Shown piece after piece: positions 27,478-36,052 of a stretch of DNA of 64,000 nt (positions are counted from its first letter, which is position 1; every line of letters starts with the position of its first letter). The notes beneath the pieces are model-generated. The model worked only from the letters and a program-made list of their open reading frames with translations, was not told where the DNA came from and did no database searches. The position numbers were made by a program, and so were the translations under genes. The stretch is from contig CAZPBE010000030.1 in NCBI GenBank assembly GCA_964584615.1, positions 3,594 through 67,593 of the forward strand, written 5' to 3'. Source of the stretch: an uncultured Pirellulaceae bacterium (GTDB lineage: Bacteria; Planctomycetota; Planctomycetia; Pirellulales; Pirellulaceae).

Positions 27478-28497
27478 TTAGACGCCCACTTCGGCAGTCT
27501 TAACCGTTTTGATAATTTCCGATGCGACTTTGTACGGATCCGCATTGGAGGCAGGACGCCGATCTTCCAACCAGCCCTTCCAACCATTGGTCACGGTGCC
27601 GACAGGAATACGAATCGAAGCACCACGATCAGAAACGCCGTAGCTAAACTGATCGATACGCTGAGTCTCGTGCTTGCCGGTCAAACGCTGATCGTTGTCG
27701 GCGCCGTAGACGGCAATGTGTTCATCGACGCGAGGAGCAAAGGCTTGGCAAATCGTATCGTAAACCGATTTGTCACCACATGTGCGAAGCGTGTTGTTTG
27801 AGAAGTTCGCGTGCATACCCGATCCATTCCAGTCGGTATCGCCGAGCGGCTTTGGATGCCATTCAATGCTCAAGCCGTACTTCTCGCCAGTTCGCTCAAG
27901 CAGGTAGCGAGCCAGCCAAACCTGGTCGCCAGCTTCTTTGGCGCCTTTGGAGAAGATCTGGAACTCCCACTGACCTGCAGCGACTTCCGCGTTGATGCCT
28001 TCGACGTTAAGTCCTGCTTCAAGGCATTGGTCAAGATGGTCTTCGATCATGTCGCGCCCGTAAGCGTTCGTCGCGCCTACGGAACAGTAGTAAGGACCTT
28101 GGGGGCCGGGGTATCCGCCAACAGGAAATCCTGGTGGGCGATTGGTCTCTGAATCCCACAAGAAATATTCTTGCTCGAATCCAAACCAGAAATCACAATC
28201 GTCGTCATCAATCGTGGCCCGGCCGTTTGATTCGTGTGGTGTGCCGTCTGGATTCAGAACTTCGCACATCACCAGATAGGCGCTGAGTCGCTCTGGGTCC
28301 GGGATGATTTTCACAGGCTTGAGCAAGCAGTCAGATGAACCACCTTCGGCTTGTTCGGTAGAGCTTCCATCGAAGCACCACTCTGGACAATCGGCCAGGT
28401 CGCCGCTGAAGTCAGTGACAATTTTGGTTTTACTTCGCAGGCTTTGTGTTGGCTTGTAACCATCAAGCCAAATGTATTCCAATTTCGATTTACTCAT
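27478..28497 (-). CDS. glnII: Glutamine synthetase type II (eukaryote-like GSII)
   Basis: MSKSKLEYIWLDGYKPTQSLRSKTKIV... is the GSII N-terminus, and the product is ~339 aa from ATG 28495-28497. The 47 upstream codons of the track ORF are not conserved-looking. Confidence 0.9.
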   Translation of the reverse strand: MSKSKLEYIWLDGYKPTQSLRSKTKIVTDFSGDLADCPEWCFDGSSTEQAEGGSSDCLLKPVKIIPDPERLSAYLVMCEVLNPDGTPHESNGRATIDDDDCDFWFGFEQEYFLWDSETNRPPGFPVGGYPGPQGPYYCSVGATNAYGRDMIEDHLDQCLEAGLNVEGINAEVAAGQWEFQIFSKGAKEAGDQVWLARYLLERTGEKYGLSIEWHPKPLGDTDWNGSGMHANFSNNTLRTCGDKSVYDTICQAFAPRVDEHIAVYGADNDQRLTGKHETQRIDQFSYGVSDRGASIRIPVGTVTNGWKGWLEDRRPASNADPYKVASEIIKTVKTAEVGV

Positions 28498-28953
28498 CTT
28501 GAGATAGTGCTCCAAAATGCAAAAGGTTGTGTTCGAGTCGATCTCGACGAAACATGCCTGATGATGAGACGGTTTCGACGGGCTGATTGGTGGCGCGGTC
28601 AATGATGGGCGATCTGCAGAACTGCAATTGCGAAGCAAATCGCTGCAACAATGATGATATCAACGGGGATAAATCTTCACAGTAGCCAAAACTTGGGAAG
28701 CCAAAAAACTCCAGTCGACGCCACGAAATATGATGTTTCCAATTCGCGCGACTTACTCCTTTGAATTTGGCTAAGGGCGTTTTGTGTAACCCAAGGCGCA
28801 ATCAATGTTTGCGATCATGTCTTCGTTTGGATCGACATGATCCTGTGCCGTTTTCGATAAGCAGAGTTTGGTTTTTTCGATTTTTCGTCGAGGCCAGCCA
28901 AGCGGAGAATTTGTCGATTTTGTAGGATTCAAGCCCAAGAATTTCGCAATTTG

Positions 28954-28991
28954 CAAACGTTTGTTTCGCGTTGCTGTTTCTTTTGCGCAAA
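28954..28991. promoter_or_regulatory. Two perfect 10-bp palindromes upstream of glnA (candidate operator sites)
   Basis: CAAACGTTTG (28954-28963) and TTTGCGCAAA (28982-28991) lie 67-104 nt upstream of the glnA start. Confidence 0.25.
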
Positions 28992-29057
28992 CGGCTTACA
29001 TTAAAGCCTCCATTTTACGAACGAATATTTCACTGACATTCACAAAAAGGTATTTCG

Positions 29058-30470
29058 TTGACTCCCAAAGAAGTTGTCGCGCACTGTCGTCAAAACAATG
29101 TCCGCGCCGTCGATCTACGGTTCACCGATTTTCTCGGTCAGTGGTCGCACACCACCATTCCTGTTGATGCGCTGAACGAATCGCTATTCGAAGACGGTTT
29201 GGGTTTCGATGGTTCCAGCGTTCAAGGCTGGCAGCGCGTCGACGAAAGCGACATGTTACTGATGCCGCAATCGGAAACATGCTTTCTCGATCCGTTTACA
29301 AAACTGCCGACACTCAACATCATCTGCAACGTCGTCGATCCGATTACGCATGAAGACTACAGTCGAGATCCAAGATTCATTGCCCGCAAGGCAGCCGCAT
29401 ATTTGAAAGGGACCGGCGTTGCCGACAAAGCTCTGTTTGGCCCCGAAGCCGAGTTCTTCATTTTTGATGACGTCCGTTTTGATCAGACTTCCAACAGCGG
29501 TTACTACTACGTTGATAGTCGCGAAGGTCAGTGGAATCGCGGCCGACAGGAAGATCCGAACTTGGGTTCCAAGATTCGTTATCAACGCGGTTACTTGCCC
29601 TGCCCTCCCGTTGATCAGCTGATGGACATCCGCAACGAAATGATGCAGGCCTTGATTGATGCCGGTTTGAAAGTTGAATGCCAACATCATGAAGTCGCCT
29701 CCGGCGGTCAGTCAGAAATCGATTTGAAATACGACGAGCTCGTGCCGATGGCGGACAAGCTGATGATGTACAAGTACATCGTAAAAAACGTAGCGTTCAA
29801 AAATCAAAAAACGGTTACGTTCATGCCCAAGCCATTGTTTAATGAATCTGGCTCAGGAATGCATACGCATCTTTCATTGTGGCAAACGGACAAACCATTG
29901 TTTGCGGGCGACGGCTATGCAGGTCTCAGCCAATTGGCAATGTATGCGATTGGTGGCGTGCTGAAACACGCGCCGGCTTTGTTAGCCATCACCAATCCAA
30001 CGACCAACAGCTACAAACGTCTGGTTCCCGGATTCGAAGCGCCTGTGAACCTGGCTTTCTCCCAACGGAATCGTTCGGCAGCATGCCGCATTCCGGTCTA
30101 CTCCAACGCATCGCATTCCAAGCGATTTGAGTTTCGTTGTCCTGATCCAACCGCCAATCCGTATTTGGCTTTTTCTGCAATCCTGATGGCGGCTTTGGAC
30201 GGAATCGAAAACAAGATCAGCCCTGGCGATCCGCTGGACAAAGACATTTACGATTTGCCACCGGAAGAATTGGCGGGAGTCGCCAAGACACCTGGTTCGC
30301 TGGCAGAGTCGCTTGACGCACTGGAAAGCAATCACGAATTCCTGTTGCGCGGCGACGTGTTTACCAAAGATGTAATCGATCGTTGGATCAGCTACAAACG
30401 TGTAAACGATGTTGAAGCACTTCGGGGAAGACCGCACCCGTACGAGTACTGCATGTACTACGATCAATAA
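29058..30470 (+). CDS. glnA: Glutamine synthetase type I
   Basis: 470 aa. The N-terminus VRAVDLRFTDFLGQWSHTTIP aligns with E. coli GlnA. GSGMHTHLS is present. The adenylylation-loop sequence KDIYDLPPEE retains the Tyr. The start is TTG. Confidence 0.95.
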   Translation: MTPKEVVAHCRQNNVRAVDLRFTDFLGQWSHTTIPVDALNESLFEDGLGFDGSSVQGWQRVDESDMLLMPQSETCFLDPFTKLPTLNIICNVVDPITHEDYSRDPRFIARKAAAYLKGTGVADKALFGPEAEFFIFDDVRFDQTSNSGYYYVDSREGQWNRGRQEDPNLGSKIRYQRGYLPCPPVDQLMDIRNEMMQALIDAGLKVECQHHEVASGGQSEIDLKYDELVPMADKLMMYKYIVKNVAFKNQKTVTFMPKPLFNESGSGMHTHLSLWQTDKPLFAGDGYAGLSQLAMYAIGGVLKHAPALLAITNPTTNSYKRLVPGFEAPVNLAFSQRNRSAACRIPVYSNASHSKRFEFRCPDPTANPYLAFSAILMAALDGIENKISPGDPLDKDIYDLPPEELAGVAKTPGSLAESLDALESNHEFLLRGDVFTKDVIDRWISYKRVNDVEALRGRPHPYEYCMYYDQ

Positions 30471-30539
30471 TCGCGAGACCAGTCGCTAAATTGTCACCGA
30501 GTTATATGTTGCCGATGACCACCCAACCACAAAAATAAA

Positions 30540-31475
30540 ATGACTAACAAATTCGACGATGAAACGAAACAGGATTGCTTGAAGTTGATCGAGTTGGCGT
30601 TGACTGAAGATATTGGTTCCTCCGATATCGACGTCGGTCGTGATTGCACAACCGACGCGATCGTCCCAAAACAAGCCAGCGCTTCTGCAAAATTTGTCAG
30701 CCGTGAATCGGGTGTCGTTTGCGGCGTTGAAATTGCCCGCTTGGTTGTCGAAAACTTTTCTCCACGACTCAAAGTCGAGGAAGTATTGAACGATGGCGAT
30801 CAAGTCGAACCGCAGCAGACGATTGCGATGCTCGTCGGACCGGCGCACGACATTTTGACCGTCGAACGAACTTGCTTGAACTTCATGTGTCGGCTGTCGG
30901 GGATTAGTTCGTTGTCGCGAAAGTTCGTTGACGAAGTGGCTGGAACGAAAGCGAAAGTTCTCGACACGCGCAAGACGACTCCCGGTTGGCGTCGGTTGGA
31001 AAAGTACGCGGTCGGTTGTGGTGGCGGCGCGAACCATCGGATGGGGCTTTACGACGCGATCATGATCAAAGACAACCATCTGGCTTTTTATCGATCTCTG
31101 GTCTCCGATACCGAAGACACGATCCCTGATGCACTGAAAGGAGCCAGAAAGTGGATTGACGATCACAAGTCCAGTTTGCCCAACGGAGCCGCGACGATTC
31201 TCCAGCTCGAAGTCGATACGTTGGAGCAGTTTGAAATCGCCCTCCAATGCAAACCGGATATCGTGCTGCTGGACAACATGAGTACCGATCAGCTTTCTGA
31301 GGCAATCAAGCGCCGCGACGAAGTCGCTTCGGAGATCCTGTTGGAGGCTTCGGGCGGTGTCAATTTGAAGACAATCAAAAAAATCGCGCAAACCGGAATT
31401 GACCGAATTAGCGTCGGAGCCCTGACGCATTCGGCCCGTAATTTCGATATCGGCCTCGATTGGTCGATTGGCTAA
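30540..31475 (+). CDS. nadC: Nicotinate-nucleotide pyrophosphorylase (carboxylating) / quinolinate phosphoribosyltransferase
   Basis: ERTCLNFMCRLSGISS, VLDTRKTTPGWRRLEKYAVGCGGGANHRMGLYDAIMIKDNH, and VLLDNM...EASGG. Confidence 0.9.
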   Translation: MTNKFDDETKQDCLKLIELALTEDIGSSDIDVGRDCTTDAIVPKQASASAKFVSRESGVVCGVEIARLVVENFSPRLKVEEVLNDGDQVEPQQTIAMLVGPAHDILTVERTCLNFMCRLSGISSLSRKFVDEVAGTKAKVLDTRKTTPGWRRLEKYAVGCGGGANHRMGLYDAIMIKDNHLAFYRSLVSDTEDTIPDALKGARKWIDDHKSSLPNGAATILQLEVDTLEQFEIALQCKPDIVLLDNMSTDQLSEAIKRRDEVASEILLEASGGVNLKTIKKIAQTGIDRISVGALTHSARNFDIGLDWSIG

Positions 31476-31638
31476 CGCAGCCACACAACGCGTTGAACAT
31501 TGGGAATTGACGCGTTTTTGCGTTCATTCTCGGCCGAACCGCCATTACCAACTCTTTGGTCAGTGAGCTTTTGACAACGTTGTCCCGTGACCTACCGTTT
31601 ACTTAGCCTGCTTGTGCTGGGGAGCAACGAGCAAGCTT

Positions 31639-31687
31639 GACGGCAAGGGTTGGCTTGGAGCCAAAAGGGGCCTTGCCGTCTTTTTTT
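31639..31687 (+). terminator. Strong rho-independent terminator about 165 nt downstream of the nadC stop
   Basis: GACGGCAAGG (31639-31648) pairs with CCTTGCCGTC (31671-31680) and is followed by TTTTTTT. An inner stem TTGGCT/AGCCAA is also present. Confidence 0.8.
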
Positions 31688-31812
31688 GCGCGCGATGCTT
31701 TGTTGGAAATCGTGGCGGTTTGATTAATGCCGTATTTGCTGGTGGATAACTGGCACAAAGATTAGAATGGAATCAAAGGCGAAACAAAACATTTCCACAA
31801 GACACGAATTGC

Positions 31813-34275
31813 ATGGTTCGGCTTCCAACCCTCGCAACTTTTTTAGCGATCAATGTGGTCGCCACATGCTGTCTGGCTCAAGCTCCCGCAAAGATATCTT
31901 TTAACCGCGACATCCGCCCAATACTTTCTGACAAGTGTTTTCATTGTCACGGACCGGACCAACACGCGCGCGAGACAGAACTTCGGTTTGACTCAAAAGA
32001 AAGCTCGTTTGCAGATCTTGGGGGCTACCAAGCGATCGTTGCCGGTGATCCGAACGCCAGTGAGTTGGTGAATCGCATCTCCAGTGACGACGAAGATGAA
32101 AGGATGCCGCCTGAGCATATCGGCAAGCCTCTCAAGGATTCAGAAATTGAATTGCTGAAACGTTGGATTGAAGAAGGAGCGACTTGGGAAGATTTTTGGG
32201 CTTACACTCCTCCCTCGAAAAAGGAAGTTCCGAGCGTTTCCAATCAGGATTGGTCCAGGCATTGGATCGATCGGTTTGTACTTTCTCGACTAGAGTCAAA
32301 AGGCCTCTCGGCTTCGCCGCCCGCTGACAAAGTTACCCTTGTTCGCCGAATCTATTTTGATTTGATCGGGCTTCCTCCAACGCCTGAAGAAGTTGCAGAG
32401 TTCGTCAATGACCAATCGCCGGAAGCCTATCCCAAACTTGTGGACAAACTCCTTGCCTCCCCCCACTTTGGTGAGAAGCTTGCCATCTACTGGCTCGATC
32501 TGGTTCGCTTCGCCGATACAGTCGGTTACCACGGCGACCAAGATCATAACATTTCGCCTTACCGCGACTGGGTCATCGACGCGTTCAATCAAAACATGCC
32601 GTTCGATCAATTTACGCGCGAGCAATTGGCGGGTGACTTGATCTCCGACGCGACTCAATCCCAAAGAATTGCCTCCGGTTACAATCGGCTCCTGCAAACG
32701 ACTCACGAAGGCGGGCTTCAGCCTAAGGAATATCGCGCGATCTATTCCGCTGATCGCGTGCGCAATGTCTCGATGGTCTGGATGGGAGCCACCGTTGGTT
32801 GTGCTCAGTGTCACGACCACAAATACGATCCCTACACAGCCAAAGATTTTTATTCGATGGCCGCGTTCTTTGCAGACATCAACGATGAGAAACATTTTAA
32901 GAACGGCACCAATGACGTGCCGACTCGGCGGTCGCCAGAAGAATTGATCTTTAAAAATGAAAGCGATGAACAATCGTATCTGAAGACCAGCGCCGCGTAC
33001 AAGAAAATTGAGTCAGCAAAAAAAGCTGTTGACGAGAAACTTGCTACGCTTGAAAAAGCGGAGAAGAAAAAACCGCCTGCAGCAACAATCGCTGAACTCT
33101 CCAAAGAAATCGAGAGACTTGACGCCAGCTTGAAATTCGCTGCCAAAGCGCAGGCCGAAGCCGAATCGCGCGGGGCGTGGACGATGGTTACTGAAACACT
33201 TGACCAACCCAGAGAGACGCGAGTCTTTCCCCGCGGTAATTGGCTGGACGAGACAGGCCCGATCGTTCAGCCTGCCGTTCCTGAATTTTTGGGCGTTGTC
33301 AGCGATGGGAAATCGCGCGCGACCCGACTTGATCTGGCAAACTGGCTTACAGACAAAAACTCGGATTCTGGAAAACTCACGGCTCGCGTGATGGCAAATC
33401 GAATCTGGTACTTGATGATGGGCGTCGGCGTTTCAAGATCGCTTGACGATTTCGGCGGACAAGGTCAGCCTCCGGCCAATCCGCAATTACTAGACAACCT
33501 CGCCATCGAGTTGCTTGATTCCGATTGGAATATCAAGGAGATGTTTCGCGAGATCGCGCTGACGCAAGCTTACAAACAATTATCATTCGAAACCGAAGAG
33601 ATTCGCAAACAGGATCCTTACAACGAATTCTTTTCACATCAATCTCGCTACCGTTTGCCCGGCGAAGTCGTGCGTGACAACGCATTGGCGATCGCAGGTC
33701 TGCTCAACGTTGACGAAGTGGGTGGGAAAAGCATCAAGCCCTATCAGCCAGCGGGCTACTATCGACATTTGAACTTTCCGCAACGCGAATACAAATCACA
33801 CCAAGACAAGCGTCAATGGAGACGCGGCGTCTACGTGCATTGGCAGCGTCAATTTCTTCACCCGACTTTAAAAGCACTCGACGCACCGACTCGAGAAGAG
33901 TGTACTGCTCAGCGGTCCCGTTCCAACACGCCCCAAGCCGCGCTGGCGCTGCTTAACGACGTAACGTTTGTTGAGGCCGCCCGTCATTTTTCCAAACGAG
34001 TGCGACGATTCGAAAAAGATGACTTCGAAAAACAACTGAATCATGCGTTTTCCTTAGCGGTATCTCGAAAGCCTGGTGCCGAAGAAGTGAAGATCTTGAA
34101 GCAGATTTATGATGACTCGTTGGCAACGTTCAAAGTGAACCCAGACCAAACAAAGCAGCTTGCCGGGATTGGTGCCGCACCGCACGATTCAGAAACGTTT
34201 TCAGCTGAAGACGCAGCTTGGACGAGTGTCGCCCGAGTCATTCTCAACCTCGATGAAACGATCACGAGGAACTAG
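31813..34275 (+). CDS. PSCyt1 (planctomycete cytochrome c) / DUF1549 / DUF1553 protein
   Basis: Signal peptide, then FNRDIRPILSDKCFHCHGPD (a CxxCH heme motif). DUF1549-type segment: IDRFVLSRLESKGLSASPPADK...LIGLPPTPEEV. DUF1553-type segment: CAQCHDHKYDP. Confidence 0.9.
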   Translation: MVRLPTLATFLAINVVATCCLAQAPAKISFNRDIRPILSDKCFHCHGPDQHARETELRFDSKESSFADLGGYQAIVAGDPNASELVNRISSDDEDERMPPEHIGKPLKDSEIELLKRWIEEGATWEDFWAYTPPSKKEVPSVSNQDWSRHWIDRFVLSRLESKGLSASPPADKVTLVRRIYFDLIGLPPTPEEVAEFVNDQSPEAYPKLVDKLLASPHFGEKLAIYWLDLVRFADTVGYHGDQDHNISPYRDWVIDAFNQNMPFDQFTREQLAGDLISDATQSQRIASGYNRLLQTTHEGGLQPKEYRAIYSADRVRNVSMVWMGATVGCAQCHDHKYDPYTAKDFYSMAAFFADINDEKHFKNGTNDVPTRRSPEELIFKNESDEQSYLKTSAAYKKIESAKKAVDEKLATLEKAEKKKPPAATIAELSKEIERLDASLKFAAKAQAEAESRGAWTMVTETLDQPRETRVFPRGNWLDETGPIVQPAVPEFLGVVSDGKSRATRLDLANWLTDKNSDSGKLTARVMANRIWYLMMGVGVSRSLDDFGGQGQPPANPQLLDNLAIELLDSDWNIKEMFREIALTQAYKQLSFETEEIRKQDPYNEFFSHQSRYRLPGEVVRDNALAIAGLLNVDEVGGKSIKPYQPAGYYRHLNFPQREYKSHQDKRQWRRGVYVHWQRQFLHPTLKALDAPTREECTAQRSRSNTPQAALALLNDVTFVEAARHFSKRVRRFEKDDFEKQLNHAFSLAVSRKPGAEEVKILKQIYDDSLATFKVNPDQTKQLAGIGAAPHDSETFSAEDAAWTSVARVILNLDETITRN

Positions 34276-34276
34276 C

Positions 34277-35725
34277 ATGAATCAAAAAGTCAAAGACATC
34301 CTGGCAACTCACGACAATGCGATTCACCGGCGAACGTTCCTTTCGCGAATGGGCGTGGGGATGGGAGCTGCTGCAGTTAGTGCGATGATGGGAAGTGATC
34401 TGCTTGCCGGAAAACAGCCGCAGCAGGTTTCAGTTGATTCATTGCCGCACTTTCCTGCCAAAGTGAAACGCGTCATCTTTTTGTGCATGGCCGGCGGGCC
34501 TTCGCACCTGGAAACGTTTGACTACAAGGCGGAGCTTGATCGGCTTAGCGGTCAACCGATGCCCGAATCGTTTACCAAGAATCAGCCGATCGCGCAGTTG
34601 CAAGGACAAGAGCTCAAAGTTCAGGGGCATCTTGCGAAATTCAAACGTTACGGCAAATCCGGAACGATGGTCAACGATTACATCCCCTGGCAAGCCAAGA
34701 TGATCGACGACTTGTGCGTTGTGAAATCGATGGTGACGGAGCAGATCAACCACGATCCAGCCCACACGTTTATGAATACGGGTTCCAACATTAGCGGTCG
34801 CCCGTCGATGGGCTCATGGGTGACTTATGGATTGGGAAGCGAAACCAATGAGCTGCCTGGATTCGTGGTGATGACAAGTGTGGGCGGACGCAACCCGCAA
34901 CCGATCGCTTCACGTCAGTGGTCGGCGGGATTCTTGCCCAGCCAATTTCAAGGCGTCGATTTTGCGTCGACGGGTGACCCGGTGCATTTTGTTTCCAACC
35001 CGAAGGGCTTTAGCAACACTCAGCAAAAAGACTTGATCAAAGCGATTTGCAAACTGAATGAAATGCGAAACGCGCAAGTCAAGAATCCTGAGATCGCGAC
35101 TCGAATTGCCGCGTATGAGATGGCGTTTCGAATGCAAACGGCTGTCCCTGAGCTGACGGATTTCAGTGACGAGCCGCAACACATTCTCGACATGTACGGA
35201 GCCACGCCAGGTGACGGAAGTTACGCGTCCAATTGTTTGATGGCCAGACGGCTTGCTGAGCGCGGAGTCCGATTCATTCAGCTTTATCATCGGGGCTGGG
35301 ATCATCATGGCGATCTCGATAAGTACATGAAGATCTGTTGCGGACTGACGGACAAACCGACTTGGGCGCTCGTACAGGACCTTAAACAGCGTGGCATGCT
35401 TGATGACACTTTGATCATTTGGGGTGGAGAGTTCGGCCGGACACCAATGTTCCAAGGCAAAGGTGGTGTCGGGCGTGATCACCACATTAAGGGGTTTACG
35501 ATGTGGATGACCGGTGGTGGAATCAAGCGGGGCATTTCGTACGGCGAGACGGATGAGCTGGGTTACAACGCGGTCGAAAATGTTGTCCACGTTCGTGACT
35601 TACACGCCACGATGCTTCATTTGTTGGGAATCGATCACTCAAAATTCTCGGTCAAGTTTCAGGGGCTGGACATGAAGTTAACCGGCGTCGAAGAAGCGCG
35701 AGTCGTCAAAGGCATTTTGAGCTAG
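34277..35725 (+). CDS. DUF1501 (sulfatase-fold) protein with a twin-arginine-like signal
   Basis: MNQKVKDILATHDNAIHRRTFLSRMGVGMGAAAV, then FLCMAGGPSHLETFDYK. The ATG lies 1 nt after the upstream TAG. This is the classic partner of PSCyt/DUF1553 genes. Confidence 0.9.
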   Translation: MNQKVKDILATHDNAIHRRTFLSRMGVGMGAAAVSAMMGSDLLAGKQPQQVSVDSLPHFPAKVKRVIFLCMAGGPSHLETFDYKAELDRLSGQPMPESFTKNQPIAQLQGQELKVQGHLAKFKRYGKSGTMVNDYIPWQAKMIDDLCVVKSMVTEQINHDPAHTFMNTGSNISGRPSMGSWVTYGLGSETNELPGFVVMTSVGGRNPQPIASRQWSAGFLPSQFQGVDFASTGDPVHFVSNPKGFSNTQQKDLIKAICKLNEMRNAQVKNPEIATRIAAYEMAFRMQTAVPELTDFSDEPQHILDMYGATPGDGSYASNCLMARRLAERGVRFIQLYHRGWDHHGDLDKYMKICCGLTDKPTWALVQDLKQRGMLDDTLIIWGGEFGRTPMFQGKGGVGRDHHIKGFTMWMTGGGIKRGISYGETDELGYNAVENVVHVRDLHATMLHLLGIDHSKFSVKFQGLDMKLTGVEEARVVKGILS

Positions 35726-36052
35726 ATCGGCCAGAAAACGCTTGGATGCATCGTTTCAACTTCGACAGAGTACGTCGCTACTATTGACGGAAGTGGTATC
35801 AAACGCGTTAGTCCTTCGAAATCTGCACGACAACAAGCAATGCTAGCTCTACTTGGGGACTGGAAACTCCCCTTCCAAACTGATCTAGGTGTATTTTTTA
35901 CGTTGGATTAGATTTTACGGTCCGGTCGTTCTCTCAGTTCGCACCGGAAACAATGAGTTCATTTGATTGGTGAACTTACGGCCGTCAGGAAGCCGGTCGG
36001 GAATCACGGTTCGACACCTCGCGAGTGTCGAGCAGACCCAACGGAGTAAGCA

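Noticed and set aside
28498-29057. Sigma-54 promoter, NtcA site or glutamine riboswitch in the glnII-glnA intergenic region
   Set aside because: I found no TGGCAC-N5-TTGC or GTA-N8-TAC match by eye on either strand, and no glnA-RNA-like compact structure. Only the two palindromes are reported.
30486-31484. 332-aa ORF antisense to and spanning the whole of nadC
   Set aside because: nadC on the plus strand has unambiguous family motifs. The antisense product is R-rich, lacks any motif, and has no plausible start context.
34160-34276. N-terminal extension of the DUF1501 ORF overlapping the end of the PSCyt gene
   Set aside because: The ATG at 34277 gives a twin-arginine-type signal directly and starts 1 nt after the upstream stop. 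The extension overlaps conserved upstream coding sequence.
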